Assembly: GCF_020745735.1 (NCBI RefSeq)
Contig: NW_026867509.1
Coordinates: 1,612,001-1,676,000, forward strand
Direction: 5' to 3'
DNA length: 64,000 nt
Source of the DNA: Hemiscyllium ocellatum
Lineage: Eukaryota
In this document: piece after piece, positions 40,699 to 54,817 of the stretch
Layout of the letters: every line of letters begins with the position of its first letter
How positions within the stretch are numbered: position 1 is the first letter of the stretch
Position numbers and translations under genes: made by a program
The notes under the pieces: generated by a model
Told to the model about the DNA's origin: nothing
What the model saw: only the letters and a program-made list of their open reading frames with translations
Databases searched by the model: none

Positions 40699-41639
40699 CT
40701 GAAACAGAAAGAGACGATCTGTGTTTCATAAAATGGACGAATGGATAATTTATTTTTCAGTTTCCAGTAAAATTAACCACTTTATTGAATGCTCTTGAAT
40801 CATATAACTCAATGGCCTTTACAGCTTGCTCGAAATGCAAACGTAACTATAATTAAAATACAAATCCAGCTGAAACATGTCTTTGTTAATGACGTCGGAT
40901 GGCAATAAAATTCTGTTGGATTTTTAACAGAGAATCATGTCTACACTGACATTTCCTGGCCAAGTTGATCATTCAGTCAACATTCACTTGATCACTTAGA
41001 TGTACTAGAGAACGATAACAGCAAAATATAGCAGTAAATGTTACAGTGGGAAAATAGTAAAACGATTATGGGGAAGCTGGCAGGGACGCAGGTTACGCTT
41101 CGGTCATATTATATACTGTTCCTTCGAACCATATTCGGTAAAAACACTCACTGTTATGCATGTCAGCAATTGCTTTGTTAAGACATATGCTGAAACATAT
41201 GTCGACCAGGCGCCAACTTGTATTTCTCTGACTTTGGGAATGTAACACAGTTCTCCAGCTGATAATCACAAGGACATTTTGTGTGCAGTCTTGCCAAGCC
41301 AAGAATAAATCTGCTAAATGTTTCCTTATATGAAATGCTTCCAAATCTTTTCCAAATAAAAAACTCACTTAGGTGTGCAGGACGTCAGCTGTGGTCTCAT
41401 TATGGCCCTGAAACTCAAAAATACCAACACGATACTAGAATTCAATTTGTCTTGAAATTAACAGTGATTTGAATCTACGTTCCCAGTAACTTGATGCGTC
41501 TGCACATTTGCATTCAGTGTTCCATTTGTAAGATTAATAGGTGTTGATAGGTTATGATAGTTGTTTATAACTTTCCTAACATTGAGTGGAACTACCATAA
41601 TGTTTAGGGTTTAGACTGAGACGAATGTGTAAATTGTGT

Positions 41640-44010
41640 TCAAGAAAATTTTCTGATTCAGTGTATCAATATACCTACTAGAGAAGGTGCAAATCTTGAC
41701 CTACTCTTGGGAAATATGGCAAGGCAGGTGACGGATGCGTCAGTGGTGGAGGACTGTGGGCGAGCGACTATAATTCTATTAGTTTTAAATTAGTGATGGA
41801 AAAAGACAGACCGGATCTAAAAGTTGATTTGCGACATTGGGGAAAGGCCAATTTTGCGGTATGAGGCAAGAACATTCAAAAGCTAACCCGGGACAGATGT
41901 TCACTGATAAAGGGACGGCTGAAAAATGAAAAGCCTTCAGAATTGAGATAACGAGAGTCCAGAAAAGGTATATTCCGCTGAGGTGAAAGAAAAGGCTGTT
42001 AGGTATAGGGAATGGTGGGTGACTAAAGAAGTAAAGGGTTGGTTAAGAAAAAGGAAGGAAGCGTATGTCATGTACAGGCACGACAGATCGAGCGAATTCT
42101 TAGAGGATAAAGACAGTAGGAGTATATTTAGGACAGAAATCAGGAGAGCAAAAAGGGGACATGAGGTAGCTTTTGCAAATACAGTTAAGGAGAATCCAAA
42201 GGGTTTTTACAGATACATTAAGGACAAAAGAGTAACGAGGGAGAGAATAGTGTTCCTCAAAAATGAGGAAGGTGGCAATAGCGTGGAGCCGCAGGAGATA
42301 CGGGAGACACTAAACGAGTATTATGCACCTGTATTTAATGTGGGAAAAGACATGGAATATATAGAATGTAGTGAAATAGATGGTGACGTATTAAAAAATG
42401 TCCATCTTACAAAGATGGAAATGCTGGCTGTCTTAAACGCATAAAAGTGGATAAATCTCCAGGACATTATCAGGTGTTCCCTAGAACACGGTGTGAAGTT
42501 AAGGAAGTGATTGATGGACCTCTTACTGAGATATTTGTATCATCAATAGTGACAGATGAGGTGCCAGAAGATTTGAGGTTGGCTAACGTGGTACCACTGT
42601 TTAATAAAGGTGTTAAGGACAAACCAAGGAACAATGGACCAGTGAGCTTGACATCGTTGCTGGGCAATTTAGTGGAGGGAATCCTGATGCCCATAATGTA
42701 CATGTATTTGTAAAGGCCAGGACTTATCTGCGCTAGTTAACATTGCGTTGTACGTGGAAACTCATGTCTCATAAACTTGATTGAGCTTTTTTTGAAGAAA
42801 GACCGAAGAGTGTTGATGAGGACAGAGCGGTAGCTGTGAACTATGTGGACTTCGGTAAAACGTTCGTCACGTTTCCCCATGGGAGATTGGTCAGCAAGAT
42901 TAGATCTCATCGAATACAACGTAGAACTACCGATTTAGTTCCAGTACTTGCTCAAAGATAGAAGACAGATGGTGGTAGTGGATTGTTTTTCACACTGGAG
43001 GCCTATGACCAGTGGAGTGCCACAAGGATCAGTAATGGGTCCACTACCTTTCTTTATTAACAGAAATGATTTGAGTGTGAAAATGGCAGGTATAGTTAGG
43101 AAGATTCCAGATCACACCAACATTGAAGGTGCAGTGGACGACAAAAAGAGTTTCTTCAGATTATAACGGTATCTTGTTCAGATGGGCCAATGGTCTGAGA
43201 AGTGGCACATGGAGTTTTATTTAGGTAAATGTGAAGTGCTGCTTTTTGGGAAAGCAAATCTTATCAGGACTTCAACATTTAATAGTAAGGTTCTAGTAAG
43301 TTTGCTGAAAAGATATACCTTGGAGTGCAAGTTTATAACTCCTTGAAAGTGAGTCCCAGGTAGATAGGATAGTGAAGAAGGCGTATGATATGCTTTCTTT
43401 TATTGGTCAGGAGTGTAGGAGTTGGGAAGTCTTGTTGTGGCATTCCCTCCATTGGTTAGGCTACTGATGGTACATTGCGTGCAGTTCAGTTCTTCTTATT
43501 GGAAAGATGTTGCGAAACTTGAAAGTGTTCAGAAAGATTTCCAAGGATGTTGCCAGAGTTGGAGGATTTGAGCCATAGGAAGAAGTTGAATAGGCTAGGA
43601 CTGTTCTCCCTGGATAATCGGAGGCTGACGGACAACCTTTTGCAGGTTTATAAAACCGTGAGGGGCATGGATAGGATAAATAGACAAAGACTTTTCCCTG
43701 GGGTTGGGGAGTCCTAACAAGACGGCATAGGTTTAGGGTTAGAGGGGAAAGATAAAGAAGAGACCTAACGCGCAACTTTTTCATGCAGAGTGTGATATAG
43801 GTATGGATTGAGCTGCCAGCAGAAGTGGTAAAGGCCTGTACAATTGCTATGTTTAAAAAACATCTAGATGGATATATGCATAGGAAAGGTTTAGAGCGAT
43901 ATAGGCAGGTGCTGGCAAGTGGAACGAGATTCGGTTGGGATATATGTTGGACATGGAGGAGTTGGACTCAAGGATCTGTTTCCGTGCTACATGTCTCTAT
44001 GACTCTTTGA
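41640..44010 (+). mobile_element. Decayed CR1 in the GPCR-B intron
   Basis: Paralog of 19130-21465 (KENPKGFYRYIKDK, TSGVPQGSVMGPL). Confidence 0.92.
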
Positions 44011-45414
44011 CTCTACAAGTAAAATAACTTCTGCAAATGCTTATCATTAGGACATTTTGCTTGGCTTATACTGTTTCGTCCAACGTGCACAATTTCACAT
44101 TTATCTCACATTACACTCTTGCAGTTTTCTCTGCTTACTTAACTTTTTTTAAGAACCAGCTTACGTACTCTTGAAACATATGTTAAAATCTATATCTGAG
44201 GCGTATCATGTTTGATAATAATATATTCTCACCTTTATCCATGGTATTCATAAACATTCTAAAAGTTCAGACAATCAGCACTAACATTTGGGTTATGTCA
44301 CAGTTGCATTGTACAAATAAAATACCATTTGGTCAACTCTTGGTTTCCTGTTAGCAAGTTTATCTATCTACGCAAATGCAACAATTCTTACACTGTGTCA
44401 ATTATTCTTCACATTAATCATTGATATGATACATTGCCAAATACATTTTGGAAATCTGCGTTTTCCAAATGTTCCACACGTTATGTTACGAATTTTTGAA
44501 AAAGTCCAATAAAGTTTAATGTGGATTTGTTTTGATAAAGTACATTTATAATGCCTGGTTACTTTTATCTAAATGGTCCTGTTGCAATGAATTTTGCAAT
44601 GAATTTGAACGTAAACAGTTTGAGAGATGTTAAACGAACTGGCAGGTAGTTTCCTGTTTTCTGAAACATCCAATACCCAACCCTCCACTTCCTGAATAAG
44701 GGCCTTAATTTCGCAATTTATGACGATACTGAAACCTGGAAAAAAAAGAATAAATCCTGGATATTTAGAACCAATTCCCTCTGCTAAAAATGCAACAGAA
44801 TGTCTTATATTTCTGCGCCATTAACAAGCCTATTTTAAGCTAAAATCCAACAAGTTTACATTGCAGTAATTTTGTGGCAATTGGAAGTATAAAGCGTTGC
44901 TAATAATACAGCATAACTACATTCAACCGAGATAATGATACAATTCATCCCTCCCAGAGACAGTGAATGAAAAAAAAAACGATGTTTGCATCTTGCGATG
45001 ATAATGATAAATCGGGAAAGTATTCAAGTGATGAAGTGGAACTTGGCCTATTAAGGCATACAAACATGAAGAGATAAATTAAGCAGGTCTTTCAAAGAAA
45101 CTCCGTGTACTAAGTCCTAGAATACAATGTTGAATGAGAGGGAATAAAATATTCAGATGGAACGAAATAACGTCAGCCAATCACACAAATTATAAGGTTA
45201 CGTGATGAGGTAAAACGGTTAATGGGGATAATGACTGTATTAAAATACAGAAATTTTATCAAATAAACTGAATAATTTGTAACATTGAAGTGATAGACGT
45301 CACGAGTTAAAAGCAGGAATAATATCTATCATGGAGATTTGTTAGCAGCAAAACGAAGAACTGACGCAGTTGAATTATGAAACATGAAGTTACAGCTGAA
45401 GTTCAATACGTCAC

Positions 45415-45484
45415 CTGGAACTCCAATTATTGCAATGATGGGGTAGTAGATGGCAAACACCAGACCTTCTGGTATTCCGTGCAT
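45415..45484 (-). CDS. GPCR copy B, exon 1 (70 nt)
   Basis: Encodes the same 23 aa as copy A; GT donor conserved; intron 4716 nt. Confidence 0.88.
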
Positions 45485-48278
45485 TTCTAATGAAAACTCC
45501 AGTACATTATGCACTTCACCGCAAAAACGATCATTATTGTAGAGGGTGGTAATTCTGCAGGGACAAAATCAGATATTACATCATTTATGTTAATTACCAA
45601 TTACTGAAACAAGACAGGTCAGCGCAGCTGCTGTTTGACTGAAGCTTCTGTTAAAATCGAATCGATTGTTTTCTCTGGTCTAATTCACTACTCCTATAGG
45701 AAGATTTCGGAGTTTTTTGAAGTGTCCAAGTTGCAATCCATCACAGAAAATAAAGACAGTTACTTGGATTTTGGGTAAAATTGGACATCTGCATTACTGA
45801 CCAGTCTGACAAAAATAAATTTTCTTGAAGGACATTACCATTTTCTCACATAGGAGATTTTTTTTCTGTTTGATCATTCGCCAAGGTCAAAATGATTTTT
45901 AAAACCAGTATCGCAATTGGTCGCAACATAATTATAGATAAATCCCTCAAATTAGTTGCATTCGAGATGCATGAACTCAAGTCTTCACTAATAAATCACC
46001 ACGTCTGCGCTATTATAACAGTCAGTACAAATATATCTGATTCAGGACAATCGTACTTTTGCATAAATCTGGTTTAGTGCCTTGATAAGTTGCACAAAAA
46101 CTGGCACAACATTTAAGTGCAATTTCAGGTCAGTGTAGTTTGTCTGCCAAAAATCAAATCAAGTGCCCATGTGGTCTGACGCAAGTTCCCTCCAGTTGGC
46201 TCCATCCAAACTGGCTTTTGTTTATTTTTAATGATGGACCACCATTTGGACCCACGAGGGAAATGCACGACAGTTTAATACTTTGCAGGAGCTAATAAAA
46301 ACAAAGATATACTCTATTAACACGCAGCTATTAATTCAGTGATATTCATTAGAATGCGCAGTAAAGCTGAGGTGTGGATAATGAGGATTTTTTTTGCAAT
46401 TTTAATTTGGAATATTCAGATCGAAGTGAAATCAGCTTCTATGAATAAGAACCTCGCTAAGAAGCGAGGTCGTCACGGGATTTTGCTAAAGCATCATCTT
46501 TGAACACATGATGAAAGTTGTTAATAAATACTTCAAGTCATTGTGTGGAATACTGCCACATACAGCTTCTCACAATAAATGAGTATCTACATATTTTGTA
46601 ATAACTAAAGCACGATACAAATACAGAAAATATTGAGAGTATCCTGCAATATCTGAAGAAAATATCACCTTGGATCAAAACCAAGAAAACACTGTGAAAC
46701 ACATTTACTTTATCAAAGTTATGTGCTGCTCCCTTCAAACCCTTTAACTCAGAAATCGATCTATCATAATCAGCAGCAGAATGCAATGCACTTTTCTGTC
46801 ATGAATGGACAAAAAGTTATCTTACTGAGACACAACTGACTGTGAAAGAACTTGTAAAAACGAAGCAGGGGATTAATGCTGACACAAATATGCGAAACAA
46901 CAGGGAAACAGTTCCAATGGCAGCTGAAATGGCATGGCTCTAAGTCAAGCCTGGGCCTGGGTACTTGACGGTGGTGATGGTAAAATTCTCGCTGCATCGT
47001 GCGGCGATCATGCACTCGAGTCTGTTCGTAGATGAATGGATGAATCTGTGTTTTTGAATTCCAGGCTGTGCGGTCTCTTGGATGAAGGGGCGAGAAGACC
47101 TGATCGTTCCCTTTTCTTTTTGCTGCCTCCTTTATTTCTGTTTGACTTTGTTCATGCTTTTTTGCGCTAAAATGTGTTCTGGACCAAACAAATCAACGTG
47201 AACACTCCATGTCCGACACATCTGTTCAAACCACTCAGTTTTAACCAAAACAGAATTTATGGACAGACTACAGTTTGAAACCAGAACAAAATAGAATGGA
47301 ATATACAATGACTTAAGTTATCTGAGAAACCAACCGACTCTGTGGGAACTTAATGACTCTGTTACAATTTCTGGAATAACCCCACAAACACACCACTTGG
47401 AAAAAAAAAGTCAATTCAAGCACAGTTTCGTACACAACAGAGTTTGCAGAGAGGATCAGCCAGAGATCATTGACTGAAGCATGGATTCTCTTTCCACTAT
47501 AGCTGCTTCTCTATGTTCCCAGCTAAAATTAAATAAATGGAAAAATCCCTGAACTTTGAGAACTTGTCAATCTCGTTAATGTTCAACTGCGGTAAGCAAA
47601 ACTGTGGTTATGTCAATATAACGATAAAACATTCAACTGAAAATTTAAATCTAAATCATAATCTCAAGTGTACAATGAATACTTAAGCATCAAATGTTTC
47701 TTCGTCAGAAACATTGAGTTCAATCTTCGTCAATTCACCAGAACGTCTGCATATGTGATTTGGCAGGATGCACGATGTGGTCTGGCGATTCTACTTGATG
47801 CAGATCAGACATGCTTTTATTGAATGCCAGAACAGACATATCTATAGTCACCACAACAATACCAACTTACACCATCAAACCAACTAATACCGAACTCCAC
47901 TGTTTGTGCAGTGTTATTATCTCACATAATAGGAGTTGGTTTTTTTTTGTATTTTTTTTTGAGTGGGAGCAGCGGCCGAGTAAAAGCGAACCCGGGAGAC
48001 TACAGCTAAGGTAAGACAATTTGTTTTAAAATTACTTACCAGTAGCGGGCAGCGGTGTTTTTTTCTTCTCTCTCTTCACAGAAAGAGCCGGAGCAGCAGA
48101 GGAAGTGACGGCAAGCAGAGGGGCAGCCGGGAAGGAGAACAGTGAGTATAAATATTCACCCTTTAACACCAACGGTCATTTGAGTGGGAGCAGCGGAAGT
48201 GAGGTTGGAGCGCAGAGCTGGTTGGGAAGGTAAGTAATTAGTATTTGAGTGGGTGTGTTTTGGAGACAGTGTACAGTC

Positions 48279-49208
48279 ATGGCAGCACAGGCGGTGGAAT
48301 GTTCCTCCTGCAGGATGTTTGAGGTAGGGGTGACCATCGATACTCCTGCCAATTTCGTCTGCAGGAAATGCAGTCAGGTCCTGCTCCTCACCGAACGAGT
48401 TAGGGAACTGGAACAGGAGTTGGATGAATTGAGGATTATTCGTGAGGCTGCGAGGGTGATTGAAAGAAGCTACAGGGACATAGTTACGCCAGAGAACAGA
48501 GGTAGCTGGGTAACAGTTAGAGGTGGGAAGGGGAAGAAGCAGGCAGTGCAGGGTTCCCCTGTGGTCTTTCCCCTAAACAATAAGTATACAGCTTTGGAAA
48601 CTGTTGAGGGGGACAGCCTTGCAAGTGTAAGCTGCAGTGAAGGGGTTTGTGGCGTGAGGTCTGGCTCTGAGACTCAGAAGGGAAAGGCGGAGAGGAGGGG
48701 AGCGCTAGTTATAGGAGATTCTCTAGTTAGAGGGACGGACAGGCGGTTCTGTGGACATCGGCGAGACTCTCGGATGGTTTGTTGCCTCCCGGGTGCCAGG
48801 GTCCGAGGCGTCTCGGACCGTGTCTTCAGAATCCTTAACGGGGAGGGTGTGCAGCCAGAAGTCGTGGTACACATTGGCACCAACGACATAGGTAGGAGGA
48901 GGGGTGGGGAGGTTATTCAAGAGCTCAGGGAGTTAGGCTGGAAGCTAAAAGCTAGGACAGACAGAGATGTCATCTCTGGGTTGTTGCCGGTGCCACGTGA
49001 CAGTGAGGCAAGGAATAGGGAGAGAGTGCAGTTGAACACGTGGCTGCAAGGATGGTGTAGGAGGGAGGCCTTCAGGTATTTGGACAATTGGACTGCATTC
49101 TGGGGAAGGTGCGACCTGTACAAATAGGACGGGTTGCACCTGAACCAGAAGGGCACCAATATCCTGGGGTGTAGGTTTGCTAGCACTCTTCGGGGGGGTT
49201 TAAACTAA
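48279..49208 (+). pseudogene. CR1 ORF1: Cys-rich zinc-finger/coiled-coil plus SGNH esterase, with a premature stop
   Basis: CSSC...CRKC, heptad LTERVRELEQELDEL, GDS, HIGTNDIG; TAG at 49125-49127 lies immediately before DGLH; natural TAA at 49206-49208. Confidence 0.9.
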
Positions 49209-49319
49209 TTTGGCAGGGTGATGGGATCTGGACTTGTAGTCCAGCAAGTAAGCTAGCTGTGTGTCAGAATGTCGAAGAATGTAGGGAGGCTGTGGAGAAG
49301 GTAGCACAGACAGGGAATA

Positions 49320-52083
49320 CTTGCGGACACAGATGGGCTCAAGTGCGTATACTTCAACGCAAGGAGTATCACAAATAAGGTGGGTGAACTTCAGGCGTGG
49401 ATCGGTACCTGGGGCTACGATGTTGTGGCCATCACGGAAACGTGGATAGATGAGGGACAGGAATGGTTGTTGGAGGTTTCTGGTTACAGATGTTTCAGTA
49501 AGATTGGAGAGGGTGGTAAAAAAGGAGGGGGTGGCATTGCTAACTAGAAATGGTATAACGGCGGCATAAAGGAAGTTTGAGGGGGATCTGCCTTTGGAGG
49601 TAGTATGGGCTGAAGTCAGAAATAGGAAAGGTGCAGTCACCTTGTTGGGTGTTTACTATAGGCCCCCCAAGAGCAGCAGAGATGTGGAGAAACAGATTGG
49701 AAAACAGATTTTGGAAATGGTGCAGAAGCCACAGATCGTAGTCATGACCGACTTCAACTTCCCAAATATTGATTGGAAGCTCTTTAGATCAAGTAGATTG
49801 GATGGGGCGGTGTTTGTGCAGTGTGCCAGGAAGCTTTTCTAATTCAGTATGTAGATTGTCCAACCAGAGGGGAGGCTATATTGGATTTGGTACTCGGTAA
49901 TGAACCGGGACAAGTGATGGGCTTGTTAGTGGGTGAACATTTTGGTGATGGTGACCCCAATTCTGTGACTTTCACCTTGGTTATGGAGAGAGATAGGTGC
50001 GCACAACAAGGTAGATTTTACAATTGGGGGAAGGGAAATTACGATGCAGTAAGACACGATTTGAGGAGCATAAGTTGGGAGCATAGGCTGTCAGGGAAGG
50101 ATGTGGTGGAAATGTGGAACTTTTTCAAGGAGCAGATACGACGTGTCCTTGATATATATGTACCTATCAGGCAGGAAAGAAATGGTCGTGTGAGGGAGCC
50201 TTGGTTGACGAGGGAGGTTGAATGTCTAGAAAAGAGGAAGAAGGAGGCTTACATAAGGTTGAGGAAACAGGGTTCAGACAGAGCAGTGGAGGGTTACAGG
50301 GTAGCCAGAAGGGACCTGAAGAAAGGGATTAGGAGAGCTAAGAGAGGGCATGAAAAATCCTTGGCGGATTGAATCAAGGATAACCCCAAGGCATTTTATG
50401 CGTATGTGAGAAACCTGAGAATGACGAGAACGAGGATAGGTCCGATCAAGGACAGTAGTGGGAGATTGTGTATTGAGTCGGAAGAGATAGGAGAGGTCTT
50501 GAACAAGTACTTTTCTTCAGTATTTACGAACGAGATGGACCGTATTGTTGAAGATGAGAGTGTGAAACGGACTGGTAAGCCAGAAGAGATACTTGTTAGG
50601 AAGGAAGATGTGTTGGACATTTTGAACAACTTGAGGATAGAAAAGCCCCCCGGGCCTGACGGGATATATGCTAGGATAATGTGGAAAGCAAAAAAGGAAA
50701 TTGCAGTACCGTTGGCAATAATCTTTTCGTCTTCACTGTCAACGGGGGTGTTACCAGGGGACTGGAGAGTAGCGAATGTTGTGCCCTTGTTCAAAAAAGG
50801 GAATGGGGTAACCCCGGGAATTACAGGCCAGTTAGTCTTACTTCTGTGGTAGGCAAAGTAATGGAAAGGGTACTGAGGGATAGGATTTATGAGTATCTGG
50901 AAAGACACTGCTTGATTAGGAACAGCCAGCACGGATTTGTGAAGGGTAGGTCTTGCCTTACAAGTCTTATTGAATTCTTCAAGGAGGTGACCAAGTAAGT
51001 GGATGAGGGTAGAGCAGTGGATGTAGTGTACATGGATTTTAGTAAGGCATTTGATAAGGTTCCCCATGGTAGGCTTATGCAGAAAGTCAGGAGGCATGGG
51101 ATAGAGGGACATTTGTCCAATTGGATAGAAAACTGGCTAACCGGTCGAAGTCAGAGAGTGGTGGTAGATGGTAAATATTCAGCTTGGAGCCCCGTTACAA
51201 GTGGAGTTCCGCAGGGATCAGTTCTGGGTCCTCTGCTGTTTGTAATTTTTATTAATGACTTGGATGAGGGAGTCGAAGGGTGGGTCAGTAAATTTGCAGA
51301 TGATACGAAGATTGGTGGAGTTGTGGACAGTGAGGAGGGCTGTTGTCGGCAGCAAAGGGACTTAGACATGATGCAGAGCTGGGCTGAGGAGTGGCAGATG
51401 GAGTTCAACCCTGCCAAGTGTGAGGTTGTCCATTTTGGAAGAACAAATAAGAAAGCGGAATACAGGGTTAACGGTAGAGTTCTTAGTCAGGTGGAGGAAC
51501 AGAGGGATCTTGGGGTCTATGTACATAGATCTTTGAAAGTTGCCACTCAGGTGGATAGAGTTTGTAAGAAGGCCGATGGTGTATTAGCGTTCATTAGCAA
51601 AGGGATTGAATTCAAGAGTCGTGAAGTGATGTTGCAGCTGTACAGATCTTTGGTTAGGCCACATTTGGAGTACTGTGTGCAGTTCTGGTCGCCTCACTTT
51701 AGGAAAGATGTGGAAGCTTTGTAGAGGGTGCAGAGAAGATTTACCAGGATGTTGCCTGGAATGGAGAATAGGTCGTACGAGGATAGGTTGAGAGTTCTTG
51801 GCCTTTTCTCGTTGGAGCGGCGAAGGATGAAGTTTATAAGATGATCAGAGGAATAGATAGAGTAGACAGTCAGAAACGTTTTCCCTGGGTACAACAGTGT
51901 GTTACAAAGGGACATAAATTTAAGGTGAAGGGTGGAAGGTATAGGGGAGATGTCAGGGGTGGGTTTTTTACCCAGAGAGTGGTGGGGGCATGGAATGCGC
52001 TGCCCGTGGGAGTGGTAGAGTCAGAATCATTGGCGACCTTTAAGCGGCATTTGGATAGGTACATGGATGGGTGCTTAATCTAG
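49320..52083 (+). pseudogene. CR1 ORF2 (endonuclease-reverse transcriptase), several frameshifts and stops
   Basis: Track fragments GVYYRPP, PTRGEAILDLVL, YRPVSLTSVVGK, DFSKAFDKVPH, GVPQGSVLGP, KFADDTK. Confidence 0.93.
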
Positions 52084-54817
52084 GATAGGATTTCGGCACA
52101 ACATCGTGGGCCGAAGGGCCTGTTCTGTGCTGTCTTGTTCTATGTTCTATGTTCTATGAGTAAGAACAGATCAGCTGATGGGTGCTGTTTGTTGGTGTTC
52201 TACTGATCATCACAAAAGCCGGGCCTCAGCCAATTCCATTTACTTCACATCACATGAAGCACTGAATGAAAGTACTGGGCGCTGCAAGACCATTGTGACT
52301 GACAGCAGTCTAACAATACTGCGAAAGATTTGTGCTAGAGTGAATTGAGACCACAGTTCTTGTTTTGAGTGAATTTATAACTTTAAATCTGCCCGTAAAC
52401 TGTGCTGAACTCATGGGATAAATGAAAAACAACATTACATTTCAGCACGTATTTGAAATAAAGGTGAGCATGCATTCATGCCTATTAGGATCAGGAGTAG
52501 AGTGTTCAGACCTTCAGCCTGTCCCACATGTTCAGATGTTATGCCAAAATACTTAAGAATGACGACAGATGTTTTTTTGGGATGGGGAGGGGAAGTTGGA
52601 AATTTAAATGGAGGAATAGTAATTAATTATTAAAACATGGAATAGAAATCATAACATCAAGTGCAGAGAGACATGATCAAGAACATATAAAACACGGCAC
52701 GGTCCAATGCAAAAACACCTGAGGCACAGCCCCTTCTCATCAGAAAAACAACAGTTTGTGCTACAGTAAAGTATTCACTCATATATAGTCGAGTGCAAAA
52801 TCTGACGTCTAGTTGAATGTAAACAAAGAAGTGGCATGATGCAGTGTTGTTTTGACAGGTCGACAGTATTGGAAAAAATGTTGTATGTTCATGATAAATC
52901 ATTATTTGTGATACCGCAACGAATCTGCTTTGATATGGAGACATCAACATAATACTATCAGCTCCATTGCCAGAGTAACCTCGGCAAACCCAATCAAAAA
53001 CAAACAGTATATATTTTTTTCAAAAGTAAACCAAATATCCATTGCTTTTTCGGATGCCGCTTTATTCCCTGTCACTGTAGCAGTGAGCGGTGTATGTCAG
53101 GGAAGCACAACGTGTGCAGAACGTTATTGTTTAATGAAACCTTCGTTGGAGGAGGAAAGAAACATTGGCTAAAATGACACAGAACATTTATTCTTAATGC
53201 ATTTTGTTTCCATTTGCCTGTACGTTGACTAATCACTGAGTCGAGTTGCTGCTCTTTGGAATATGACGCACCCAATGAAAGTGTAAGAATTGATTTCCTT
53301 CCTCACTCATGTGATCGAAGTTAAACGACTTCACCAAGTCACAAGCTCATCCCAAATGCCATTTATATCATCCCAATTTGGGCACAGCATTCACATCGGC
53401 TTAACAGACCACCACGTGATCCCTCTTTAAATCTTGCGAATTCAAATAGTTCACTAAGTGATTTCAGGTAACCGTCCCACCCATCAGTAATCTCAGGAGA
53501 TTCCACGAGCAGATCTGTTCGATTCTTTCCAGTATTCCAGTCCAACCCCGAAGTCGAGTCTCCCTCAATACTTCTTGGCTGCAGGCATCCCCTGCACGTA
53601 ATGCAAATCATCATCTGGAAATGGCAGAAACACGTGTTTTATTTCCACTCCGTTTATCTGGATACAAGAGTACTGATGAAATAAACCGACCTTATTTTGA
53701 TTCAAAATAATGATGCCCACAATCACGTCATTTGCTAGCATTGCCGCGAGGTTATCACCGTTTGTTGTTTTATTTTGCTACGATTACCAATTATCTAAAC
53801 TTGTAATTTGTGTAATTTCCAGTCGCTTTCAGTCAGTTTGTGACACAGATCCCGCCCATGGTGACGAGAAATCAGAATAGTCGCTCAACATTCGTTGTGT
53901 TTATTACATTCACAACTAGGATAATTACTTCTAATATACTTCCTCAGGCAATGCCAAACCGGGAAAGACAAGGAGTGGATCTCCAGCAGAGTCAGATTTG
54001 TTCAAACAGATGACTATAGGAACACAGACATTTTCAAAGGAGATTCAATCCATGAGAATTGAAGACAGTTTCACTTATCACTATAACCACATTCCTACTA
54101 CAACACACAGAGTGATGATTAAATACATTATGCAATACAAAAACTCTACTTCCAGATTTTCACACAAATAAATGAAAAAGTAATTATTCTACTGTAATAA
54201 AACGAATAGCTCTGCCACACATCATCAACTATTGTTTTAATTGGCGTTTTATTAGCGTTATAATCTGTAAATGCAAACTTGCCGAGATTGCACAGATGCT
54301 TTTTTATCTTGTTCTGGAGTCTGTGTGCAATTATTGCGAATGATCAACGCGATTTGGAGTCAACAAGATAAATTGCTATCAAATTCTAAGAGCTGGAACC
54401 TGGAGATACAATCACCACTGTTTATTTCTTTTCTCCACATTTCAATAACACATGAAGTTCAAGGTTGGTGAGAAGAGCACTTGCTGGGCAGTCCTTTCTT
54501 TCCTGGAATTAGTCTGGGAAATAATCCCTCATGTGAATTCCAAATCATTGTTCACATTCCTTGAAGAAGGACAAGAGTGTTGTAGTCAATATCTTGCATT
54601 TGGACTCACTGTGCCCTTGATAAAGAAGCACAACTGTACTGCCACCTGTCGATGATTATGCGAAAGAACCAGTTGTCAGGAAGAAAGGATATGACAGAAT
54701 ATCAGCTTTAAAAACCCTTCAGTTTCAGTTTGCAGTGTTCAGTCCCACCACCGTCTCTGAACAAAGAAAATCTACTTTCATTTCCCCTTGCTCAAGCTCA
54801 CCCCCTGCTTGGCAAGC

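Larger units (their letters stand above)
47937..52157 (+). mobile_element. Near full-length CR1 LINE (~4.2 kb) with candidate TSD GAGT
   Basis: 5' UTR, ORF1, broken ORF2 (APE endonuclease and RT FADD), (TTCTATG)n tail. Flanks rejoin the empty site in unit A (~25500); GAGT at 47933-47936 and 52158-52161. Confidence 0.96.
28260..52455. repeat. Segmental duplication unit B (lacks the + strand V; contains a SINE and a full-length CR1 insertion)
   Basis: Colinear with unit A from ~5885 to ~25800. Confidence 0.92.

Noticed and set aside
40699-40729. ATG start MKHRSSLSVS of the track ORF for GPCR copy B
   Set aside because: It is intron read-through: the equivalent frame in copy A has a TAG, and a conserved upstream exon supplies the N-terminal half of TM1.
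50396-51112. 238-aa minus-strand ORF and similar antisense ORFs within CR1/PLE copies
   Set aside because: Antisense shadows of retroelement ORF2 with no independent evidence.
53601-53608. Ig octamer ATGCAAAT
   Set aside because: About 1.2 kb from the nearest leader, absent from the paralogous V upstream region; expected by chance in AT-rich DNA.
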